From assembly GCA_964492745.1 (NCBI GenBank), contig CAZBLT010000007.1, forward strand, positions 20,660 to 84,659: DNA of 64,000 bases. The letters run 5' to 3'. The stretch is from an uncultured Anaerolineaceae bacterium. GTDB taxonomy: Bacteria > Chloroflexota > Anaerolineae > Anaerolineales > E44-bin32. The notes beneath the pieces were generated by a model. That model was not told the origin of the DNA, made no database searches, and saw only the letters and a list, made by a program, of their open reading frames with translations. A program made the position numbers and the translations under genes. Shown in pieces: positions 38,602 to 47,740 of the stretch. Numbering within the stretch: the stretch's first letter is position 1; every line of letters begins with the position of its first letter.

Positions 38602-39348
38602 CTAGATCAGGGGCCAGGGGTAGGGCCGGCCAGGCCGGGGTTCGGGGTAGGTTCCCAGGCGCAGGAGGCGGTCGGCGCGCGATCTCAGGGCGCGGATCTC
38701 CTGCTCGGAGAGCAAGCCTTCCAACTCCCGGCGGATACCCCTCTGCGCTTCCCAGGTTCGAAGAAGGCGGCGCAGGTCCTCGATCAGGGCCGGCGGAATG
38801 GGCTCACCGATGAAGTCCCAAATCACGGTGCGTAGCTTGTAATCCGTGTGGAAGCTCACGCCATGGTCGATCAGCCAGAGATGGCCGTTTGCATCGAACA
38901 GGAGATGCCCGGCCTTCCGGTCGGCGTTGTTGATCAGCAAATCGAAGAACGCCACGGGACGAAGCCGCTGCTTCTGCGCTTCATCGAGCGAGAAATAGTG
39001 CCGCTGGGGATCGGCGTGGATATAGAGTTGAAGAGAGCCGGGGCCTTCTGGGGCATCTTGGCGGAGGACGGTTGGGGGGACCAGGCCCCAGCCGAGAGCC
39101 TGGCTCAGGCGAAAGGCCGCCACCTCGCGATGGGCAAGCGTGCCGTGCGGGAAATCCCAAAGCGGCCGTTCCCCGCGCGCTGGCTTATAGATAGCCTGCA
39201 CCGCTTCGTTCTCCAGGCGCACCTGAGCCAGGAACGTATAGTTGGAGCCCCAGATGACTTGCCCTGCGAGTTCCATGGAGCCCTGCAAAAGGGTTGTCAG
39301 GATGGAGGGGAGATGGCTGGGGTCGAGCGGGTTCGTGCAGGCTGTCAA
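38602..39348 (-). CDS. SCO1664-family protein (PI3/4-kinase-like fold)
   Basis: GSNYTF, YKP..GERPLWDFP.GTL..REVAA, NNADRKAGH, IDHGVSFH...KLRTVIW. TTG start behind GGAGG. Confidence 0.85.
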   Translation of the reverse strand: MTACTNPLDPSHLPSILTTLLQGSMELAGQVIWGSNYTFLAQVRLENEAVQAIYKPARGERPLWDFPHGTLAHREVAAFRLSQALGWGLVPPTVLRQDAPEGPGSLQLYIHADPQRHYFSLDEAQKQRLRPVAFFDLLINNADRKAGHLLFDANGHLWLIDHGVSFHTDYKLRTVIWDFIGEPIPPALIEDLRRLLRTWEAQRGIRRELEGLLSEQEIRALRSRADRLLRLGTYPEPRPGRPYPWPLI

Positions 39349-39386
39349 CCCATCGCCTCCCGAATTCTTTGAGCAGGCGGGCAGCC

Positions 39387-39914
39387 CTAGCGCTGGCGGC
39401 CGTTGCTCTTGGGGCAGAAGTGGCCGTCCGCATCGATGGGCTCGCCGCAGTTTCCGCAGATTGGACGGCCGCGGCTGGCAACTTCCAAGCCCCAATGGCA
39501 CATACGGCGCAGCTGGCCGCGCGTGCACCAGAAACGGACTACGGCGGCCTCGGAGGGATCTGCGTCTGGTGCCTGGATCTGGCGGGCGACTAGGACGAGT
39601 AGATCATGCTCCTCATCGTATCCCAGGCCGATATGGCCGACGCGAAAGAGCGGATCGAGCGGCTCCTCCAGAGCCATCTCCGTTTCTTCAAACTCGGCCG
39701 AAGCCTCGGGCAATTGCGGAAGGCGCCGGTGAAGATCGGCCAAGAATTGCTCGAGGCCCACGGCCAGGGACTGAACCTGCTGCTTCTCAAGGATCAGGGT
39801 CACGAGCATATCCTCCGAGCGGCCTTGCAGATAGAAGACACGCTGGCCGGGAGGGCCGACAGCACCGGTGGTGATGCGCAATGCGGGTCGCAGGTCAATT
39901 CGTTTCAGCGCCAT
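39387..39914 (-). CDS. DUF3090-family protein
   Basis: GAVGPPGQRVFYLQ, LEKQQV, FRVG, GRPIC..CGEPID..GHFCPKSNG. Confidence 0.85.
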   Translation of the reverse strand: MALKRIDLRPALRITTGAVGPPGQRVFYLQGRSEDMLVTLILEKQQVQSLAVGLEQFLADLHRRLPQLPEASAEFEETEMALEEPLDPLFRVGHIGLGYDEEHDLLVLVARQIQAPDADPSEAAVVRFWCTRGQLRRMCHWGLEVASRGRPICGNCGEPIDADGHFCPKSNGRQR

Positions 39915-39962
39915 GGCAAATCCAGTTCCGGGGCGCCCCGCTGGAGCGCTCATGGAAGTATA

Positions 39963-40586
39963 TCAAAGCGATTCTGGCAGGTTGGCTGCATGGGTATCGT
40001 TGAGACGCGAAAGCCGGATCTGGGCGTTCTCGATCACTAATGAAGTGATGGACCCCGGCTCGACCACGAGACGGCGAAAGAGGTCGAGGGGAAGGCCCAG
40101 GTAGTGGGCGACGGCCAGCTTGATGACATCGGCGTGTGTCACGCAGGCGATGGCTGTCCGCTTGCCTGGGTGCAGGCCGCGCAGCGCTTCCAGTTCGGCC
40201 ACCACGCGCGCCTGCGCCTCCACGAAAGACTCGCCCTGTGGGAATCGCACCAGCGAGGGGGCGGCGAGCAGTGTGCGCCAAAGCTTGCGGCGCCGCAGGA
40301 CCTTGAAGGAGCGCCCTTGCCAGGTCCCATAGCCGATTTCGATCAGGCCGGGGCGCGGCGCGACCTCCAGGCCGTGGGCTTCGGCGATCGGCCGGGCGGT
40401 TTCCATTGTGCGCTCAAGCGGGCTGGCGTAGACCGCCCGGAGGGGTACCTGGGCGGTCGCCCTTGCAAGACTCTCGGCCTGCCTCTTGCCGCGCTCATTC
40501 AGGTGGACGCCGGGGAGACGGCCGGCGAGCAGACCTTTCTCGACATATTCATTATGGCCATGCCGGATGAGGTGGAGGATGGTCAT
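39963..40586 (-). CDS. Histidine phosphatase, MSMEG_4193-like putative phosphomutase
   Basis: LIRHG, LAGRLPGVHL, SPLERT.ETA, THADVIK; gene context with DUF3090 and SCO1664. Confidence 0.85.
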   Translation of the reverse strand: MTILHLIRHGHNEYVEKGLLAGRLPGVHLNERGKRQAESLARATAQVPLRAVYASPLERTMETARPIAEAHGLEVAPRPGLIEIGYGTWQGRSFKVLRRRKLWRTLLAAPSLVRFPQGESFVEAQARVVAELEALRGLHPGKRTAIACVTHADVIKLAVAHYLGLPLDLFRRLVVEPGSITSLVIENAQIRLSRLNDTHAANLPESL

Positions 40587-40595
40587 TTTCGCCTG

Positions 40596-42020
40596 CTATT
40601 CGAATTGGCTTTTGCGCACGCTATGCTTGCTCTTGATGGCTTCGATCTCTTGCTCGCTGAGTTCGGGCGCATCCTGGGTGTCCTGGATGCCGAGCGCCCT
40701 GCGCTGGGCCTCGCGCCATTGCTCCAGGCGCGCCTTGATTTCCGACTCGTAGCCCTCCTCGGAGGGCCGGTAGAAATAGGTCCCCCAAAGGGCCTCGGGC
40801 AAGTATCCCTGGCCGATGTGGTGGCCGGGATAGGCATGGGGGTACTCGTAGCCCTCGCCATGTCCAAGGGCCTGGGCGTCCCGGTGGGTGTCTTTCAGAT
40901 GGTCCGGGACCTCGATGAGGCCGCGTTCTTCGAGCAGCCGGTAGGCCTTGAAGTAGGAGGTGGCCGAATGGGACTTCGGCGCGGTGGCCAAATAGAGCGT
41001 GGCCTCAACCAGGGGATAGACGCCTTCCGGGAGCCCGACGTAATCGAAAGCCTGAGCTGCGGATGCCGCCACGACCAAACCCAGGGGATCTGCCAGTCCG
41101 ATGTCCTCTGAGGCCAGGATCAACAAGCGGCGCAGGATGAAGCGCGGATCCTCGCCGGCGTATAGCATCTTGGCCAGCCAATAGAGAGCGGCATCCGGAT
41201 CGGAGCCCCGCACCGACTTGATGAAGGCTGAGATCGTATCGTAATGGGCGTCCCCGTCCTTGTCGTAGAGCACCGCCCGGCGCTGGATCGATTCCTGTGC
41301 TACCTCCAAGGTGATGTGGACCACTCCGTCCTGGCCGGGAGGCGTAGTCTCGACCGCCAGTTCGAGGGCGTTGAGGGCGTTACGGGCATCGCCACCGGCC
41401 ACGCGCACGAGATGGTCGATCGCCTCCGGGTCCAATCGGATCGTGCGTTTGCCATAGCCATGCTCGGGGTCGGTGAGCGCCCGCTGGAGTATACGGCGGA
41501 TCTCCTCGTCCCCCAGAGGGCGCAACTGAAAAATGCGTGACCGCGAAACCAGCGCCCCGATGACTTCGAAGTAGGGATTCTCGGTTGTGGCGCCGATCAG
41601 GGTGATGGTTCCATCCTCGACGTGCGGGAGCAAGGCATCCTGCTGGGCCTTATTCCAGCGATGCACCTCATCGACGAAGAGGATGGTGCGGGTGCCGTGT
41701 AGCTTGCGGCGCTCGCGGGCCTCCTGGATGACCCTTCTAAGATCGGCTTTGCCGGCCAGCACGGCCGAGATGGTTTCAAAATGAGAGCGGGTTGTGTTGG
41801 CGATGATCATCGCCAGCGTGGTCTTCCCCGTGCCCGGGGGGCCCCAAAGGATGATCGATGAGAAAAGCCGGTCGGCTTCGATGGCCCTGCGAAGCAGGCG
41901 CCCTTCGCCGACGATCTCCTCCTGGCCCTCAAATTCATCCAGCGTGCGGGGACGCATGCGAGCCGCCAGAGGCGCCTCTCGCGCCATGCGTTCCTTGAGG
42001 GCGTGATCGAAGAGGTCCAT
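40596..42020 (-). CDS. rarA: Replication-associated recombination protein A (MgsA AAA+ ATPase)
   Basis: [54 protein letters not shown]. Confidence 0.96.
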   Translation of the reverse strand: MDLFDHALKERMAREAPLAARMRPRTLDEFEGQEEIVGEGRLLRRAIEADRLFSSIILWGPPGTGKTTLAMIIANTTRSHFETISAVLAGKADLRRVIQEARERRKLHGTRTILFVDEVHRWNKAQQDALLPHVEDGTITLIGATTENPYFEVIGALVSRSRIFQLRPLGDEEIRRILQRALTDPEHGYGKRTIRLDPEAIDHLVRVAGGDARNALNALELAVETTPPGQDGVVHITLEVAQESIQRRAVLYDKDGDAHYDTISAFIKSVRGSDPDAALYWLAKMLYAGEDPRFILRRLLILASEDIGLADPLGLVVAASAAQAFDYVGLPEGVYPLVEATLYLATAPKSHSATSYFKAYRLLEERGLIEVPDHLKDTHRDAQALGHGEGYEYPHAYPGHHIGQGYLPEALWGTYFYRPSEEGYESEIKARLEQWREAQRRALGIQDTQDAPELSEQEIEAIKSKHSVRKSQFE

Positions 42021-42145
42021 GATGACTCATTCTACCATTCGGCTGTTGCCCGCCGCAGGCCATCGCCCAGCGTGTGGGCGAGATGTTCGGTCAGGCCCGG
42101 TGTGTTACAATCCGCCGGATGTTGTTGTCTTATTAAGGATAGCCA

Positions 42146-42640
42146 ATGGCCGAAGAAACGGCAGTAAAGGACGAACTGGTAGTCAGTCTCGAGTACACGC
42201 TCCGAGTGGAGGGTGAGGTCATCGACGCCACGGATGCCTCGCAAGGCGAGGCGATCCAATTCATCCAGGGTGGGAAGACGATCATCCCGGGGCTGGAGCG
42301 AGAGCTCTATGGGATGAGCATTGGAGAGAGCAAGCAGGTCATGGTCGCTCCCAGTGACGCCTACGGCGAGGTCGACCCCGGTGCGTTCATCACGCTTGGC
42401 AAGAGCGATATCCCCGATACGATTCCGCTCGAGGTGGGAATTGAATTGGAGCTGCGCGACCAGAGTGGGGAAAGATTGCTGGGACGCATCGCAGAGATCA
42501 CAGGAGACCAGGTGCGCCTGGACTTCAATCACCCCCTGGCCGGCAAGACCCTCGAGTTCGAAGTGAAAGTTGTGGCCTTGCGGCCAGCCACTCCCGAGGA
42601 GATGGCCCATGGCCATGTGCATGGACCGGGAGGACACTAG
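42146..42640 (+). CDS. slyD: FKBP-type peptidyl-prolyl isomerase SlyD
   Basis: IIPGLE, AYGE, DFNHPLAGKTLEFEV..V..RPATPEE.AHGHVH. Confidence 0.95.
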   Translation: MAEETAVKDELVVSLEYTLRVEGEVIDATDASQGEAIQFIQGGKTIIPGLERELYGMSIGESKQVMVAPSDAYGEVDPGAFITLGKSDIPDTIPLEVGIELELRDQSGERLLGRIAEITGDQVRLDFNHPLAGKTLEFEVKVVALRPATPEEMAHGHVHGPGGH

Positions 42641-42646
42641 CGCCGG

Positions 42647-43354
42647 ATGAAGCCCGCGCAGGGAGAGATCTGCCCAGGACGGGCTCGAGCCGACTGCTGG
42701 ATTCTCGCCTCGGGCTCGCCGCGACGGCGGGAGCTCCTGGGGCTGACGGGATGGCAGTTTCACGTCCGCGTCGTGGGCGTGGACGAGGCCTCCATGCGGG
42801 GGGAAGCGCCGGAGGCGTATGTGCGCCGGGTGGCGGCCGCAAAGGCGCAGACCGCCGCGAGTCTCAATTTGGAAACCACGCTCATCCTGGCGGCGGACAC
42901 CATTGTCGTGGACGATGACCGCTTGCTTGGAAAGCCGGCCGACGTCTCCGAGGCGATGGCGATGCTGATGGCCTTGAGGGGCCGAACACATCGCGTGCTC
43001 ACGGCGCTCGTTTGGATTGTGCCAGGAAGACAGTCGCCGCTCGTGGAAGTTTGCGAGACGGAAGTTCCGATGCGAATGTACTCCGAGGCCCAGGTCCGGC
43101 GCTACGTTGAGAGCGGGTCGCCGTTCGATAAAGCGGGGGGCTACGGCATCCAGGATGCCGGGTTTCAACCCGTCGATATCGAGGCGCTCGAAGGCTGCTT
43201 CGCGAATGTGATGGGGCTGCCCCTCTGTCATCTCACCCGGGGTATGCATGCCCTGGGCTACGAACCGCCAGAGGACGTGCCAGTGCAGTGCCAGGCGCAT
43301 ACGGGCTATGACTGCAAGGTATCGCAGCGCATACTGAAAGGGGCCGAGCGATGA
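42647..43354 (+). CDS. maf: Maf-family nucleoside triphosphate pyrophosphatase
   Basis: ILASGSPRRRELL, ADTIV, GKP, DKAGGYGIQ, NVMGLP. Confidence 0.95.
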   Translation: MKPAQGEICPGRARADCWILASGSPRRRELLGLTGWQFHVRVVGVDEASMRGEAPEAYVRRVAAAKAQTAASLNLETTLILAADTIVVDDDRLLGKPADVSEAMAMLMALRGRTHRVLTALVWIVPGRQSPLVEVCETEVPMRMYSEAQVRRYVESGSPFDKAGGYGIQDAGFQPVDIEALEGCFANVMGLPLCHLTRGMHALGYEPPEDVPVQCQAHTGYDCKVSQRILKGAER

Positions 43355-45633
43355 TGCGATCGAGGCGGTCCCTCGTGATGCTCGGGCTTGTTCTTCTGGC
43401 GGCGGGTTGCGTGCGGACCACGGATGGCGCTTCTCCAGGGGTCACGCCCTCTTTGCCCGAGCCGGCGCTCACCACCGAAGCCGCGCCCGATCCCGATCAC
43501 GTCGCCCGCCAGTTCCTCGAGGCCTGGAAAGCGGGGGACTATGAGAGCATGTATGCCCTGCTGAGCCCGCTTACGAAGGATGCGCTTCCCTTCGACGATT
43601 TTGTGGGCCGCTACCAGGATGTCATGCGCGCCGGCGCCTTCCGAAGCGTCGAATATGCCATTGTTTCGTCGCTCGTGCAGAGTCCGCAACGGGCCGAGGT
43701 GCGCTTCCGGGTTACGCTGGATAGCGCGGTGGTGGGTCCGATCACGCGCGAGAGCCGCATGGACCTCACGCGCGATCGCGGTGAGGCGTGGCGTGTGGCA
43801 TGGGCCGAGACGGCCATCTTGCCAGACCTGGAAGGCGGCCGGCAACTGAGCCTGAGCACGATCACCCCGACGCGAGCCAATATCTACGACCGGGACGGAG
43901 ATGCTCTGGCAGCAGAGCCGAGTGCCGATCAGGCCAATGTGGCTGCCCTGTGGCTGGTGCCCAACGAGATTGGCGACGAGGAAGCGGAGGAATCACTGCT
44001 CACCAATTTGCGCCGGCTCTTTGACCTGGCTTCCACCGACCCAATCCTCGAGCGCTATGATGCGATCCGCAATACCAACTTCTTCGTTCCGCTAGGGGAA
44101 GTGCCCTACGAGGAGTACCAGAGGGTGGGTGGGCTGCTGGCCTCGCTCGGCGGCATCTACGCTCGCACGTACGGCGCCCGCTACTACTATGGCACCGGAT
44201 TGACGCCCTTTGCCGGTGGGGTGGCACCGCATGCTGTCGGCTATGTCAGCCAGATCCAGGAGCAGGAACTGGAGGCGCGCCGGGCCCAAGGATATCAGGG
44301 GGATGAATACGTGGGACGCATCGGTGTGGAGGCGGCCTTCGAACAGGAATTGCGCGGCGTGCCGGGCGGCACGCTCTCGCTGCTCGACTCGGAGGGGAAC
44401 TACATCGGCGCGCTCGAGCAGCGTGATCCCCAGCCGCCCTACGCGGTCTATACAACCTTGGACCGAGACCTGCAGGCCGTGGCGCAGCGGGCAATCGAAG
44501 GCTTCGCCGGCGCCGTGGTGGTCCTGGAACGCGACACAGGGGCGGTCCTTGCCATGGCTTCCTCGCCAGGATTCGACCCCAATCTGTTTGTGGGTGGCAA
44601 TCCGCTTCTTGGGAATGAGACCCTGCAGATGTTAAACCAGGCCGACCAGCCCTATGTGAACCGGGCCACGAGCGGCCTCTACCCTCCGGGTTCCACCTTT
44701 AAGATGATTACCATGGCCGCGGCTCTGGAATCGGGCTTCTTCGAGCCGGACACGGTCTATTACTGTGGCCTGACCTTCGAGGACCTGCCGGGGATCACGC
44801 TGTACGATTGGCGCTATGAGAAGGAGTTGCCGGCTTCGGGTGAACTCACGCTCCAGGGAGGCTTAGAGCGCTCCTGCAACCCATGGTTCTATCATATTGG
44901 CCTGGAGCTCTACAAACGGGGGCTGCCCAGTGCCATTCCCGACATGGCCAGAGGTTTCGGCCTGGGGCAGGCTACGGGTATCGAGATCGGTGATGAGGCC
45001 GGGCAGGTACCAGATCCGGAGAACGCCCTCGAGACGCTAGGCGAGGCCTGGGCGGCGCGGCACCCGGTCCAGATGGCCATCGGCCAGAGTTCGCTCCAGG
45101 TTACGCCGCTGCAAGTGGCTCGCTACGTGGCGGCGATCGGGAACGGAGGTACCCTCTACCGGCCCCAGATCATCGACCGCATCCAGAACGCGGAAGGTGA
45201 GGTGCTAGAGCAGTTTGAGCCGGAGGCGCAGGCGCAAGTGCCCGTCAGCCCTGAGAACCTGCAAGCCATCCAGGAAGCGATGGTGAATGTGATCGTGAAG
45301 CCCGGCGCCACTGCCTACCGGCGATTCCTGGGCCTGAACTTGAACGTCGCCGGAAAGACCGGCACCGCCCAAACCACCGAGTTTGGAGAACCACATGCCT
45401 GGTTCGCGGGATATACCTTCGAGGGGCGAGAGGATAAGCCAGACATAGCCGTCGCGGTCATCCTGGAGCACCAGGGCGAGGGCTCGGATTGGGCCGCGCC
45501 GGTGTTCCGGCGCATCATCGAGACATACTTCAAGGGACGGCCGCTGGCGATCTACCCATGGGAGGAGAGATTATGGGTCGTGCGAACCCCCGAACCGGAG
45601 GAGGGCGAGGCCACTGAGACTCCCACACCTTAG
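43351..45633 (+). CDS. Class B penicillin-binding protein (lipoprotein, NTF2-like N-terminal domain)
   Basis: Lipobox LAAGC; transpeptidase motifs GSTFK (SxxK), SCN (SxN), KTGTAQ. Confidence 0.93.
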   Translation: MMRSRRSLVMLGLVLLAAGCVRTTDGASPGVTPSLPEPALTTEAAPDPDHVARQFLEAWKAGDYESMYALLSPLTKDALPFDDFVGRYQDVMRAGAFRSVEYAIVSSLVQSPQRAEVRFRVTLDSAVVGPITRESRMDLTRDRGEAWRVAWAETAILPDLEGGRQLSLSTITPTRANIYDRDGDALAAEPSADQANVAALWLVPNEIGDEEAEESLLTNLRRLFDLASTDPILERYDAIRNTNFFVPLGEVPYEEYQRVGGLLASLGGIYARTYGARYYYGTGLTPFAGGVAPHAVGYVSQIQEQELEARRAQGYQGDEYVGRIGVEAAFEQELRGVPGGTLSLLDSEGNYIGALEQRDPQPPYAVYTTLDRDLQAVAQRAIEGFAGAVVVLERDTGAVLAMASSPGFDPNLFVGGNPLLGNETLQMLNQADQPYVNRATSGLYPPGSTFKMITMAAALESGFFEPDTVYYCGLTFEDLPGITLYDWRYEKELPASGELTLQGGLERSCNPWFYHIGLELYKRGLPSAIPDMARGFGLGQATGIEIGDEAGQVPDPENALETLGEAWAARHPVQMAIGQSSLQVTPLQVARYVAAIGNGGTLYRPQIIDRIQNAEGEVLEQFEPEAQAQVPVSPENLQAIQEAMVNVIVKPGATAYRRFLGLNLNVAGKTGTAQTTEFGEPHAWFAGYTFEGREDKPDIAVAVILEHQGEGSDWAAPVFRRIIETYFKGRPLAIYPWEERLWVVRTPEPEEGEATETPTP

Positions 45634-45636
45634 CCC

Positions 45637-46557
45637 ATGAGTGAGGATCCGCTTTTCCAAGGTCTCATTGTCAAGGCGCAGTCCGGCATCTTCGACGTAC
45701 AGACGGATCGGGGCATCGTGTCTTGTAAGCTGCGCGGCCGGCTCACCCAGGGGCCGCGTGAGACCGACGCCGCAGCGCTAGGAGACCGCGTGAGAATCCA
45801 CATCCTGGAGGATGGCTCCGGGGTCATCGAGCAGGTCGAACCGCGCCAGCGAGCGCTGTCCCGTCAGGCGCCAGGACGGCCAGAGGTTGAGCAGGTGCTG
45901 GTGGCCAACCCCGATCAGGCCCTCTTCGTCTTCGCTTGCGCAGATCCGGATCCCAATTTCCGCATGCTGGACCGCTTCTTGGTGGTCGCTGAACGGGAAG
46001 ATATCCCGGCCGTGATTTGCGCCAACAAGATAGACCTGGTGGAGCCGCGCTCCGCCCGGCAGGAGTTCGGCCTATATGAGGGGCTGGGATACCCCGTGCT
46101 TTACACCTCCGCGAAAACCGGCAAAGGCGTGCGCAAGCTGCGGAAGCTGCTCCAGGGCAAGTTGTCGGTGCTTGCCGGCCCTTCAGGGGTGGGAAAGACC
46201 AGTCTCCTGAACGCCGTGCAGCCCGGGCTAGGCTTGCGCACCAAGGCCATCAGCCGTGCGAGTGGCAAGGGGCGCCACGCTACGGTGGTGCCGGAGTTGA
46301 TCCCGCTAGAGATGGGGGGCTATGTCGCGGATACACCGGGGCTGCGGGCGCTGGGCCTTTGGGACATCGAACCCGAGGAGCTGGATGCGTACTTTCGGGA
46401 GATCCGGCCGTTGGTTGCCGCCTGTGAATTCAGCGATTGCACCCATATCCACGAACCGGGTTGCGCCGTGATCGCGGCCGTGAAGCGGGGTGAGATTGCG
46501 CCCGAGCGGTATGACTCCTATGTGCGCATCCGGCAGGGCGATCTCGAAAGCCTATAG
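45637..46557 (+). CDS. rsgA: Ribosome small subunit-dependent GTPase A
   Basis: NKIDL, GPSGVGKTS, GKGRHAT, DTPG, zinc finger CEFSDCTHIHEPGC. Confidence 0.96.
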   Translation: MSEDPLFQGLIVKAQSGIFDVQTDRGIVSCKLRGRLTQGPRETDAAALGDRVRIHILEDGSGVIEQVEPRQRALSRQAPGRPEVEQVLVANPDQALFVFACADPDPNFRMLDRFLVVAEREDIPAVICANKIDLVEPRSARQEFGLYEGLGYPVLYTSAKTGKGVRKLRKLLQGKLSVLAGPSGVGKTSLLNAVQPGLGLRTKAISRASGKGRHATVVPELIPLEMGGYVADTPGLRALGLWDIEPEELDAYFREIRPLVAACEFSDCTHIHEPGCAVIAAVKRGEIAPERYDSYVRIRQGDLESL

Positions 46558-46642
46558 TACTCTGGTCCTGTTGCGCATGACCCGCAAAGGCTCTATGCTA
46601 ACGCGTGAGTCGGTTCGTATAGCCGAATGAGGGAGTTCCTCC

Positions 46643-47608
46643 ATCCCTAGGATACGCCGCGTCCTACTCTATTTGCTTGTCTCGATCCTGTTGCTGGCCT
46701 TCGCCTTGCCGGCGCTGGCGCAACAGGGTCCTGGAACCTATTTCTCTGAGACGGGCCACACCCTCGACGGCGAATTTGTTCCCTACTTCGAATCCCATGG
46801 CGGGCTTGAGATCCTGGGGTATCCAATCACGGATGCCTTCATCGATTACTGGACCGGCCTGGTGGTGCAATACACGCAGAACAGCCGGTTGGAGCTCTAC
46901 CCGGACCCCGAATCGCAGACCATGAGGGTCAGGCTGAAGGAGCTGGGCGTGCTGTTTGTAGGGGATCGGGCGTTGGATCTCTCAGATCCGATCTCCATCG
47001 GCTCCGATGGCGATTGCGAATACTACGAGCTTACGGGCCATAGTGTCTGCTACATCTTTCTGGACTACTATCTCGATCATGGGGGCCCCCAGCTCTTCGG
47101 CTACCCCGTCTCAGATTTCACGGTCGAAAACGGCCGGCTGGTGCAATACTTCCAGGGCTTCCGTCTCGATTGGTATCCGGAGAATCCGCGGGGCAGCCAG
47201 GTGCAGGTGGCGCCTCTGGGGCGGGCCCATTTTGAGATGATGGGGTACGACCGCAGCCTGCTGCGCCCAAGGGCGCCGAGCAACGCCGCCGCCTATGAGG
47301 TGCTGGAGCTGCGCCCACAGGCATCGGTGGCCAAGCCGGTGGCAGGCCCCAGCGACACACAGACGGTCTACGTTGTCGTGCGCGACCAGAATCTGATCCC
47401 GGTGCCTGCGGCGGCGATCACACTGGTGGCACACTTCCCAGGCGAGACGCGCACTTTCACCATGCCGCCCACCGATATCAGGGGGGTGAGCGAGCTGAGA
47501 TTCGAGTTCAGCGATCAGCCCGTGGGCGCTCAGATTGAGCTGGAGTTCTTCGCCTCGGCGGGGACGGTGCTTACCACCACGCGAGACTCATTCCGAATCT
47601 GGTGGTAG
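46643..47608 (+). CDS. Secreted Chloroflexi-type protein with FxETGH-like repeats (start uncertain)
   Basis: Signal peptide ending ALPALA-QQ; YFSETGHTL..GG.EILGYPIT and LTGHSV..GG...FGYPVS repeats; C-terminal Ig-like region. The first canonical start (TTG 46673) truncates the signal peptide. Confidence 0.75.
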   Translation: MPRIRRVLLYLLVSILLLAFALPALAQQGPGTYFSETGHTLDGEFVPYFESHGGLEILGYPITDAFIDYWTGLVVQYTQNSRLELYPDPESQTMRVRLKELGVLFVGDRALDLSDPISIGSDGDCEYYELTGHSVCYIFLDYYLDHGGPQLFGYPVSDFTVENGRLVQYFQGFRLDWYPENPRGSQVQVAPLGRAHFEMMGYDRSLLRPRAPSNAAAYEVLELRPQASVAKPVAGPSDTQTVYVVVRDQNLIPVPAAAITLVAHFPGETRTFTMPPTDIRGVSELRFEFSDQPVGAQIELEFFASAGTVLTTTRDSFRIWW

Positions 47609-47627
47609 AGGCAGCCCACCGCGGTTC

Positions 47628-47651
47628 AAGACGCCCGATCGGGCGTCTTTT
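47628..47651 (+). terminator. Intrinsic terminator between convergent genes
   Basis: AAGACGCCC-GATC-GGGCGTCTT followed by TT. Confidence 0.75.
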
Positions 47652-47740
47652 GGATTCCCGTGAGCATGCGTAGCAGAATGGCTTGGGGCTCTCGGGTAGC
47701 GATGGGCTTCGTCTTGGGTGTCGGGGAAAGGATTGAGGCC

